Assembly: GCF_000150275.1 (NCBI RefSeq)
Contig: NW_002060976.1
Coordinates: forward strand, 378,854-442,853
Origin: Trichoplax adhaerens
Taxonomy: Eukaryota > Animalia > Placozoa
Direction of reading: 5' to 3'
DNA: 64,000 nucleotides
This document shows positions 28,401 through 39,074 of this stretch, piece by piece (the stretch's first letter is position 1; every line of letters begins with the position of its first letter). The position numbers were made by a program, and so were the translations under genes. The notes beneath the pieces are model-generated. The model had not been told where the DNA came from. It saw nothing but the letters and a program-made list of their open reading frames with translations, and searched no databases.

Positions 28401-31258
28401 ACAATTTGGAATACGACTATAATTCGGTCTTTCATTATGGAACCCATGACTACAGCTCGGATGGCACTGCTGTTATTACGCCTATTGCAAATGGAGCAAG
28501 CATAGGAAGTGCAACAGATTACTCATATTTAGATTATGTAGCCATTAACCTCTATTACGAATGCTATGGTAAAATAATAGCTAAATGTTGATTGTGTAAT
28601 TGAACTTGTCTTATGAAGTAAGTGTCGATTAATGTAACTTTGCAGACAAAACTCCGTTATATTGGCCTATGGATGAAATCGTCGATAGCGAATTACTAGG
28701 CACGTTCAACGCTAAGAAAGTACTATCGTCACTGCCAGCTTCTAAATCGTCTAATTCAATTATTATTGGCTTAGAACCTGGCGCAACGTCTAGTTCGTTG
28801 AATTCCTTGAGGTTAAATATGCCGAAAGATGATTATTATATCGATTTAGGATCGTATCCCGATAAATGTGTTCAAGATCCAGCGAAATGTACAAGCGGTT
28901 TCTCTATGGCAATGTGGTTAAAAAATAACATAGGTGGTGATGAAACATCTTGTATCTTTACTACTTTAAGTCATTCTCCTGGATTAACAAGAGGCTACAG
29001 TATTGATACTGTAGGCGGTGGATACATGTCCTTTCGCTATGTAAATTCCTCCATAGACACGAGTATCTATTTTCCATTTCCTGCGAAAACATGGACCCAT
29101 TTAGCTGTAACAATAAGCAGTACAGGATGTAAGTTGTTCAATTCTAATCAGAATCGATATACTAGTATCATCATATTAATCTCGAGCTCTAGATATGGAT
29201 TCGATGTGATACTGCTAAAATCATGCGTTAAGAGTAGATCATTTCTGTTAGAAATAAATAACTAGACCAAAATGATGCATAAGTAGTCTGCAGTGTTGAA
29301 TTCAATAGAGTAATATCATGAGTGTTGCATTGTAGAATTTATAACTATTTTAAAGATTGACATCATAGAAGCAAGTACTGAGTCAAAGTAAACATTCCAT
29401 TATTCGTGCGTTTAAATTATAACTAAGTACGACACTTTTCTTAACGATTTAGAGCAAATTTGGATTTAACTTTATTCCTGTTGCCATCAAGCGTTAGAGT
29501 TTTAGATTACTTTAAATGCTAATATGACATAGCGATAATCTTGCTGGTTCCATCGTTCAATTTTTTATTTTGGGGTTTATCTTGTTTTATACGCTATCTA
29601 TTCATTTGGTATATTTAGGATAATGCAATATTTAAAGCATCTAATGAAGGAAGACTTTGCTTGTTTAATTAATGTTAAATCAGTCGACAATGTACTCGAT
29701 CACTTTAACAAAAGAATCTCATATATTTGTTTGCAAATTGGAAGTTATTCGACTTTAATTATATTAGTCCATCAAGTATTCGTTGCACTGTATAATGATA
29801 TGACATGATGGTTGGAGAAAATATAGTCTGAGAAGTCAGTCAGAGACAATTTGTGATCATTCAATAGGTCTTTCCTGCTTTATGCGTCTATCGTAATTAG
29901 ATTGGTTGAACATATGAGAAAATAATGTAGTCGACGAAGGTTCTATTTAATCGATTTACAGCTTCGATGTGGCATAATGTACATATACGATAAATTATGT
30001 TAGTTTATAGGTTATCACTATGTAGCTCTACTAGATTGAATGATACGAGTGGGTAAGAGAAATCTCGTAGACGTAGCTTAATTTTTTGTAGTTTCTTAAT
30101 CAAAGCTCAAATAGTCCGAGTTTTCACAAGGCATAGCTGAAGTGTTTATTATACAGAAAGAACGATTCTGCTAGTCATTTCGTCGTTTAATCAAAGCTCA
30201 AATAGTCCGAGTTTTCACAAGGCATAACTGAAGTGTTTATTATACAGAAAGAACATTTTAAATAGTTCGACTTTTCACAAGGCTTAAGTGTTTACTTTTA
30301 TTAAGAATGATTCAATTAGTCACTTGACAGAACAAAGAGATGGCAATATAATTTGACTGACTATGACAAGGGAGAAATAAAATAATAACAATGTAGAATT
30401 TTACGATATCAAACCTTAACAATTCTATGGCTACTGATGGCCCAAAGGCGAAATATCAGTCGCCATCTCTGACCCTCTTATAACTTTAAATATTGAATAA
30501 TCATTAATTATTACGCCGCAGAAATATAAGCGAATCACGATACGCGAAAAGGGCTACCGTTATATTTCTCTATAGTGCTATAAGCCTAAACCTTTTTTTT
30601 GCCAATAACTAAGACTTGATTTGAACGGACCCTTATGAAAGTGATACTGCAAGATGTTGTGATATCTTTCTATCATGCCTTTCATTTCTCTCTTCTCGTG
30701 CATGGATCTGAAAGCTTATGATTAAGAATATTCATATGATGTCTATGTCTCATTTTTAATTTTTTTTTCCATTATTTTAGCGCTAAAATTATACTTAAAT
30801 GGTAAAGACGTTACAAGTGACTCTTTGGTGTTTTTATCAGAGCAGCCTGGTGGCCCTTATGAGAATAAATTGGTAAATATCATTTTGGGTGCTCAATACA
30901 CTGATGGAAACGGCTTCACAAACGAAATTTTGGACGTTAGCATCGGTAATTGTATTTTCAATGGAAACTAATCGTATCAATGAATTTGGCCAAAGTGCTG
31001 GCAAAAAATAAGTTTCTATATTGAATTCCAATAGTTTATAATGTTAGTGATATCGATTGCATCCATGATACTTACTGCGATATCGTCCTTGATGTAGATG
31101 ATTTGGCTCTATATGAAACTGAGTTGACCGCGGACCAAGTTACAAACATCAAGAGTAACGGACCATATTATCAACAATCAGCAGCATCCGGTAGTTTGGG
31201 TTTAAAAGAAGCATTAACGACTCTTGCTGCCGATAATAACGATTTTCTTGCCTGGTAA
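25441..31258 (+). CDS. Secreted astacin (M12A) metalloprotease with C-terminal LamG/pentraxin-like (concanavalin-fold) domain, ~574 aa, 8 exons
   Basis: Exons 25441-25678, 26338-26511, 27163-27280, 27889-28064, 28359-28568, 28646-29128, 30781-30945, 31098-31258. All introns are GT-AG and frame-compatible (total 1725 nt). Signal peptide; RNA...KWPLPIPY mature start; GCSSVVGRIGG; HEIGHAIGLYHTHSRLDR; YDYNSVFHY; LamG motifs YWPMDE, WTHLAVT, LKLYLNG, IDDLALYETELTADQV. Confidence 0.88.
30096..30295. repeat. ~91-bp tandem repeat, ~2.3 copies, in astacin intron 6
   Basis: ttaatcaaagctcaaatagtccgagttttcacaaggcata... at 30096 and 30187, with a partial copy at ~30260. Confidence 0.85.
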
Positions 31259-32714
31259 TTCTGATAGTCATTATAAACGATGGAAAATATCATAATTTGT
31301 GGGTGGGATCTACGCATAGTTATTAGCCTGTATCTCATATTTCTTCTTGTTGAAGGCTATCGAATAAGTAATAGCATCTACCATTCATGCTGAATCATGC
31401 GCTAAATTAAGTTTACTAAATAGTTTGTAATTTAGTAGTTGATTTGATTTAGCATTTATTCATGTTGAATTCCTACTCTATTGTATTATCCAATCTAAAG
31501 TGATCGTTATAAGCTTTGTATAGATATTTACACTTTAAAGTTATTTATGTAATTGAAGGTGAAATAGCTCAGTTGATAGGATAAAGGCATACGATTATTC
31601 TCTAGAGTAGAATGAACAATCCATGCTGGCCGGTTATTATTGATCTGATATTACTACTACTTGCTTTATCATTGATCTATGTAGTTTTTAATGATGCCTT
31701 AAGGTGTATTGCTATCCTTGCTGAGCATGACACATATTGACTTATTGATGTAGAAAAGCGCAATAAACTATAGATTGATCAATTAGCCTCATTCGTAAGA
31801 GTTTCAACAATCTTATTAATTTGGTATTTTAACCAGTTACAAGTGCAAATTGATCTTGCACTTCAATATAAGAATAGGAATGACAAATTCTATTTCGCCA
31901 TCGTTCTTTGGAGTTGTAGTCCATAGTTACCCATTTTATCGACGGCTACAGTCATCGATTTGCGTCGCTATTGAGGGTTTGACTGCCCTGCTACTATGGC
32001 TGAATTCATCACGTCGCTCTTGGAGGGATGATTGCATGTAACATTTTGAGTGAGTTACTAATCTAAATCGGCTATTGCTCTTTCAAGTCTTTTGAAAGAA
32101 AGGCGATAGTGAAGTCAAATAATACACGATCTACAGTATTGGAGGAATTATGTTTCAGGTCGCTTCCGCAAAATACCTATTTCTTTTTTGACTATACAGT
32201 ACAGTAACTAGCATCAATGGGCATGATGCAAATAGTGCTAGCAACATGCCTCTACTTTCTACTCGTCGCCATCTATCCTACGTTATTGGACTGACTGGAA
32301 TTTTGTCAAGGCATGTTGGTAAATGAGTACGATAGTCGATTGAAGAAAATGTCCAATACTCCTGCTCAATGCTCATATCAAATTGCGGTATCTCTTTCAA
32401 CGATCACTGCATTTTTTGTGGTAACATATTCGATGTTGGCCAATTTTGTACAATAGTAATCTACTGTATATTGTGTATAATTAATCCATTGCACCGTAAA
32501 CACTAAGACAGAATTAGTGTAAGCACGACGAAATGCATGTGTTTTATCTTTTGAAAATTCATTTTTCTAGGTGTTTACTTTTCTACCTGCGTTTGTGATT
32601 ACTGCACCAGTTGTAGTTAGGTAAAGCATGTCCTTTCACCGTCATGGAATCATAGTCCAGTACTGTGCTGTACTTTACTTTAGTAGGACTACGGTTTTCT
32701 TCAAGCCTTCATAA

Positions 32715-33375
32715 CGGTACTCTGCCATGACTATGCATTTGGTCCACTCATGTAATCTGTTTTCTTCGATATGGTTGCATAGTCAAAACTACAAGTAAAA
32801 CGGGATCCATTCGATGAGACGGATCTACTCTAGCTTTATTAATTAATTTATTATTGTTGCGAGAGATTCAAGACCCCAGCAGTACAGTATGTACTTTGAC
32901 TGCCACAATGCTCTGCCATGACCATGCATTTGGTCCACTCATGTAATCTGTTTTCTTGCATGTGATTAAATAGTCAAAACTACAAGTAAAACGAGATCGC
33001 CTCCATTGGACGGATCTACTCTAGCTTTATTAAGTAATTAATTAATTTATTATTGTTGCGAGAGATTCAAGACCCCAGCAGTATGTACTTTGACTGTCAT
33101 AGTGCTCCGCCATGACCATGCATTTGATCCACTCATGTAATCTGTTTTCTTGCATGTGATTAAATAGTCAAAACTATAAGGAAAACGAGATCGCCTCCAT
33201 TGGAAGGATCTACTCTTGCTTTATTGATTTATTGTGTGAGCATGGTTGCGAGAGTTTCGAGATCCCAGCAGTACGTACTTTGACTGCCCTAGTACTCTGC
33301 CTTGACTATGCATTGGGCCCACTCATGGAATCTGTTTCTTGGATATGCTTGTATAGTCAAAAGGGCAAGTACAAC
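32715..33375. repeat. ~192-bp tandem repeat, ~3.5 copies
   Basis: ctc.gcc.tgac.atgcatt.g..ccactcatg.aatctgttt recurs at ~32720, 32911, 33105 and 33295. Confidence 0.88.
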
Positions 33376-33603
33376 GCTGCAAAAGACCAATGGTGATGAA
33401 CCTTTCGACCAACAACGACGGCCTGTTGTGTTTTAAAAGCATGCATTTGCAATCAATCTAGTACAACTTGATGCAAAAATTGCAATATCGAAGGTGTGTC
33501 TGGGCAGGAAACTGGTCGACGATACACCAATTGGAATAGACATAGGAATGACGTAGTACAGTACAGTACGCCCCCAAGCTCAAGTAAAGAGTAAATACTG
33601 TAC

Positions 33604-34245
33604 GTGATACTCGTCCATTGTCTCAACTGCACCGTGTCAAGTCTGTACAGTACGTAGGTGACGTCGCGAAAAGTGACTCGTCCATTCTCTCAACTGTACC
33701 GCGTTAAGTACAGTACATTGTACAGTACAGTACAGTACTGTACATGTGTACTGTAGGACAGTGTACTGTACAGTACTGTAGGTGACGTCGCGAAAAGTGA
33801 CTCGTCCATTCTCTCAACTGTACCGCGTCGAGTACAGTACGTACACTGTACAGTACATGTGTAGGCGACGTCCCGAAAAGTGACTCGTCCATTCTCTCAA
33901 CTGCTCCGTGTCAAGTATGTGCAGTAGGCCTGATCATTTTGCATAAATTACTTTGTACACTTCGTTGAATTTGAAGCTGTCCTACTAATACATTCGATCA
34001 GGGCTAACGTATGTACACTTAATTGTACAGTACAGTACATGTGTACACTGTACACACGTCCCGAAAAGTGACCGGTCCAATTCTCTCAACTGTACCGTGT
34101 CAAGTACAATACAGGACATGTGTAGCTGACGTCCCGATAAGTGACTCGTCCATACTACTGTACTGTACAGTACAGTATAGTCTCTCAACTGTACCGTGTC
34201 AAGTACTGTACTTGTGGAGGTGACGTCCCCCAAAGTGACTCTCCC
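33604..34245. repeat. Minisatellite with conserved ~55-bp CpG-rich core and variable GTAC/TACAG spacers, ~7 copies
   Basis: Core gacgtc(g/c)cgaaaagtgactcgtccattctctcaactgtaccg(c/t)gtcaagtac at ~33604 (partial), 33657, 33781, 33864, 34055, 34125 and 34219 (partial). Confidence 0.85.
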
Positions 34246-34289
34246 TACCAAGTTCAGCGACGAGACAAATCAACAATCGCGCCTAGTGG

Positions 34290-34670
34290 AACTCACCAAT
34301 GGCATTCTTGCCCATAGTAACTCGCCTTGGCCACTCTGGTGATTCAGCGCTAGGATAACCGTTATGATTCTTCTTTATTGATGAGGATGATGGTGGGCAT
34401 GTCATTCATCTTGCGTGACGTCATTTGGACTAGCACGTACATGCGTCGCTGGTGACAGTACACAGTATCAGCGACAAGAGCAAGCGACGTGCAAAGGTGT
34501 CAAGGTTATTGGACGTCATTTGCATGACAGGCGTCACGTCATCCAGCGATTGACTGACTCTGTTGACGTCGTAGGGGAATGAGTTGTTGTTGTTGTTGGC
34601 GAGAGTTGGATCGATTCTTCCTCTACTTTCTCTCCTCTCCATCCTCCATGTAGTCATCGTTGTTAGTAAG
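34290..34670 (+). promoter_or_regulatory. Probable SMSr promoter / 5' region, CpG-enriched, with CRE/ATF-type sites
   Basis: Locally GC/CpG-rich. Perfect TGACGTCA at 34416-34423, TCACGTCA at 34534-34541, further GACGTC hexamers, CCAAT at ~34296. Lies directly upstream of the SMSr ATG. Confidence 0.45.
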
Positions 34671-34799
34671 TATTTGCTTTTCAAGCTTGGCTTGGGTTAT
34701 CGAGTGCTTGTTGTACAAGGCTAAATTAAAGAGGCAACATCCTACGAGGACTTGGTGGACTACTGCATCAAGAGGAAAAAGTGCTTTACAACGGTTACA

Positions 34800-37700
34800 A
34801 TGACTGCACAGGAGAAAATGGCCAGCCATGACAATGTCCTCAGTTGGACACCACATGAAGTAGCAGATTGGTTACAAGATCGTGGACACTGCGAGTATAT
34901 TGATACATTTAAGAAGAATAAAATGGATGGCCGTGCTTTACTTGCCTTAAAGGAGAAAGATTTACGATTGCTAGATGGTTTAGCCACATGTTTAGGCGAT
35001 TTAAAAAGGATCTGGTTGGATATCCAAGAGTTGAAAGGACACGTTCAACCTACCAATGGCCACCCATTCATTTCCAATCGGTTTGCTGCCAATGGCCATT
35101 GCAAATCCACTCCGACACAAGGAACGATTACAGTCAATGCTTTCCATCATGATTGCCAAGATGGTGCTTCCATGTCATGCTCTCAGTGTGGTACAACACT
35201 GTGGAATGACAGTGATGGCTATCGATCAGCACAAGCAAGTCCTTTCCATATTATTTCCGATCGTTGGAAAGCGTTGATTGCCGTAGCTTATGCTTTAGGA
35301 TCCTTTCTCATCTCCGCCATTGTCATGACAATTGTTCATGAACGTGTACCCGACAAGAAACTTTACCCTCCTTTGCCGGATATTGTCTTGGATAATATCC
35401 CAGTCATCCCTTACTCTTTTGAATTGTGCGAGATCACCGGTAAGGCATTGATTGATTGAACATTGTTCCAACTTGATCCTTTCTCTCGTCTTGCTCATCT
35501 CATCAAACATTAATTAAAACACCTATTCTGCTGTATAAAATATCTTGTTTTATCCATCATACACGCCGCTCGAGACTCGACGATGAAAACCTTCTAAAAA
35601 ATAATAATTACTTAAACTATTGAATCGCTGTCATCAGCATGCTTGAAAAAGTAACAAGTAAAATAGGATTGTTATTACAGCCCAATCAAGTTATGGGAGA
35701 ATCATTGGACGATCATTCACTATTCACCATCAACAACAACGACTGTAGCTTAGCAGTTTCCCCCCCCCCCCACGGCTTTCAGCTCCATCTTGATTGCAGA
35801 CTGTTTACTGTGCTATCCAATATGGAACGTTCATGATCTGTAATAGATACCCGTAGAAATGAAAAAATTAACCCTTACATACACGACATATTTCCCAAAG
35901 TAATGACTCTTTCCGAAATGCTTACCCGTGCCCCCTCCTCCCTGACCCAAATAACAACAACAAAGAAAATGCCAGTAAATACTCCAATTACTTCGTCTAT
36001 CCAGTACATTCATGATGTTTTGTTCATTTCTGCCATTTCAAGTTTGTATAAGATGTCAGCCAAACTTGTTCCTACTTTTGATCGCTCTACCGACCAATTA
36101 TAACGTCTGTAGGGTAGATTGGTTACTGTAGTTTTTTTTATTTGTACAACCAGCGAACTCCATCACTCAGATACATCAAGCATTCATGAACAGTAGTATC
36201 ATTTATTCTAACCACATTATTCCGTTGGTTAATATTGTTTGCACTGATCGTGACATGAATGATTGAATTCAAAATTGCTTGATTTTATACAACACGATGG
36301 ATTGATGAGATCGTTCATGAAGTTGAAATAGAGTGATAGAGCAGTCTACACTCAATCACTTAAACTTTACCAGTAATAGATTGGATCCATTTTACATCAA
36401 CATTAATTGCCAGCATCACCTTAGGGTAGCACTATTGTGGACGCGCATTTCTTCCTTTATTGAGCAACTCTTTGTTCCTCAAGGTTAACATTTGAAACGT
36501 TGCTCTTTCGTTAATTCATTTTACTACAACGACCATGCTCCCTCCATTCTCACAAATAAATCGATTATCGATACTGTCAGTAAACGGTATACTGTAGAAA
36601 CTATCGGTAGAAGATGTTGATTCAATTGTTCATGAATGGCCTTTTATTAACGACAATCGTTGATTCTTGTTCACGCTCAAATAATAAACATCTCCAGTGT
36701 GGATCTTTTTCTTTTTTAATCATGCTGACATGCACTGCCATGGTATACGGCTTGATTCGCTAAAATGCAACAGCCCAAATCCAATCAGACAGTTTCATGC
36801 ATCGTATGTTATCTAGATCTTCGTGTCATGACAAGATTTAGATTCAAAGTATTCGTATATTGTAGTGTCAAAAATTGGTAACTTGCTTATAATTCTACCT
36901 TAGTTTAATCTGATTATTCATCACTTTATAAACTCAATGGATAATGTTTCAGCAGTAGCCTGATAGGTGCTTTCTATGTTCTTACTGTTGTCAATCGATA
37001 GCAATTTTGGCTATGCATGAGTTATTACCTATTGAAGGTTCCATAGATGATTTGCACGTACCTATAGTATGTTACAGTAGACGATTTCCGCTCCATCGCC
37101 ATTCTTTCTTTATATTTCACAAGTTCTAGCTTTACTTCACTTCATTGTCACTTACCTTATCCCAAGATTTAAATCCTATACTATATTCGTATTTTGTCAA
37201 TTTTATTTTATTGATGCTACTGTTACTAATCCACAGTACTACTCAAACATCCATCCTATTCACGACCATCATCAAGATGGAAAGATGGATCTCTGATCAT
37301 AAACGCTATACAGTACCCTCACTCGTATACGCGAAGAATTACAGAATTGATTGCTGTCTATAATATAATACCGACTGGTTCTGTATCAAGTGCACAGTTT
37401 AGGATTAAACAGCTTTCCTGCTAATGACATGATCTTCTTTCTTTCCATTTTCTAGCTTTAAGCCTCTTCATCTTACTGGGAATCATTATCGTATTTCATA
37501 AACATCGCTTTGTTATTATACGAAGACTATGCGCCATTGCTGGCACTGTCTTTTTACTCCGTTGTGCCACTATGTTTGTTACCTCTTTATCCATACCTGG
37601 TCGCCATTTAGAATGCGATTCGAAGACAAATGGTGATTTCGCTTCCATTATGAATCGTGCTATACAAATATGGTCCGGTTTTGGCATGACTATTGCCGGA

Positions 37701-38102
37701 GTTCGAACTTGTGGCGATTACCTATTTAGTGGGCATACTGTCGCCGTTACTTTAAGTAACTTCTTTATCACAGAATATACACCTGATAGCTGGCATTTAC
37801 TCCATTTTCTTACGTGGACTCTCAATCTATCTGGCATTTTCTTTATTTTAGCTGCACACGAACATTACTCTATAGACGTTTTAATTGGATATTATATTAC
37901 TACACGTCTCTTTATCTATTATCATGCTTTAGCTAATTCACGTATTGCTCGCCAACGTCAACGAGGTAGAACATTTAGTTACTTACCCATGTTTGTAGTT
38001 TTTGAATACAATGTTGAGCCTGTCGCAAACGAATTTGAATGGCCAATTTCTTGGCCATCAAAGTGGAGGTTTGGCCTGAAATCCGATAATGAAAGCAAGT
38101 AA
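34800..38102 (+). CDS. SAMD8: Sphingomyelin synthase-related protein (SAM domain + SMS/PAP2-like catalytic domain; CPE synthase type), ~428 aa
   Basis: Exons 34800-35439 and 37456-38102 (phase-1 intron, GTAAGG...TTCTAG). N-terminal SAM ([10 protein letters not shown]...MDGRALLAL), [32 protein letters not shown]. Confidence 0.93.
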
Positions 38103-39074
38103 AATAAAACCCTGGAGTTTGCTAGCGTTATGCCTATTAAATTCCTATCTAAATGATGAAGAAATGAGCTTTATTATGACAACATGAACCACTTATTCTC
38201 GGTCAATGATAATTAGTAATTGGAAGTAGAACTTTTGAGCGTAAGAAAATGAACTTGAATTATTCCTTATAGACATCAAAAAGACGTTTTATTACAAGTA
38301 TTTACATATGTTAAGCCCAAATTTGCTGTTTTGATAACATACATTTTTGTACAAGAAGATAGTAACAAGATATTTTTCGAAAATAACTCTGAAATAGGAT
38401 AATTTCCACTTATTAAATAATTTAGATTACAAATCTAGTATCACTGTGCTATTGCTATCTTGTAAGCTTGATCCGAAGATATATTGACAAAAAGCCTTTA
38501 TTACTTCCATGATAAATTATAATTTATGCACATCAGATTTAGTACGTATCGTAATCACTTTGTACTTAAAATTGGAATCGAATTATATTCAGCTATTAAA
38601 TCATGAAGTTTATACGATGATGCTAAATTTGGGCTTTTAAATTCCGTCATTTCAACTAAGTTAACAATTATGCAATGAAAATGTTGCCCACAGATAATTT
38701 CATGAAGTAGAAATGTTTGGCATTATTGGTAGCAATTATCTCTCAGCTTGTACCGTTCTGGTATTTGCTTGACTAAAAATAAGCTAACGCATAGTTTTCG
38801 GTTTAATATTGAAATCATATGCAATCACAGTTTATGACTGTTGCAATAGTGAAAGATCTGCAATCTGTAAGTACCATAGATATATCGGATGTACAAATGC
38901 AGAAGCGAGGTGTCATAAATACCTATTTTCACTTCGATTATCAAGAAACATTAAGCAAAGATAAACTTATAGCGTTAACCTTTAAGAAATTGGCGTGTTA
39001 GACGTAATATGGAAAGAGGAGTAATCATTCAAATTTGCATGAAATATGATGGTACAGCGGGTGACGTAATCGGT

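Noticed and set aside
33604-34245. CRISPR-like repeat/spacer appearance
   Set aside because: Eukaryotic context with no cas genes; repeats are ~55 bp and degenerate; spacers are low-complexity and irregular in length. It is a minisatellite.
33704-34251. Cys/Thr/Val/Tyr-rich ORFs
   Set aside because: Translations of the GTAC-rich minisatellite.
35759-35772. Poly-C run in the SMSr intron
   Set aside because: Isolated homopolymer with no supporting structure.
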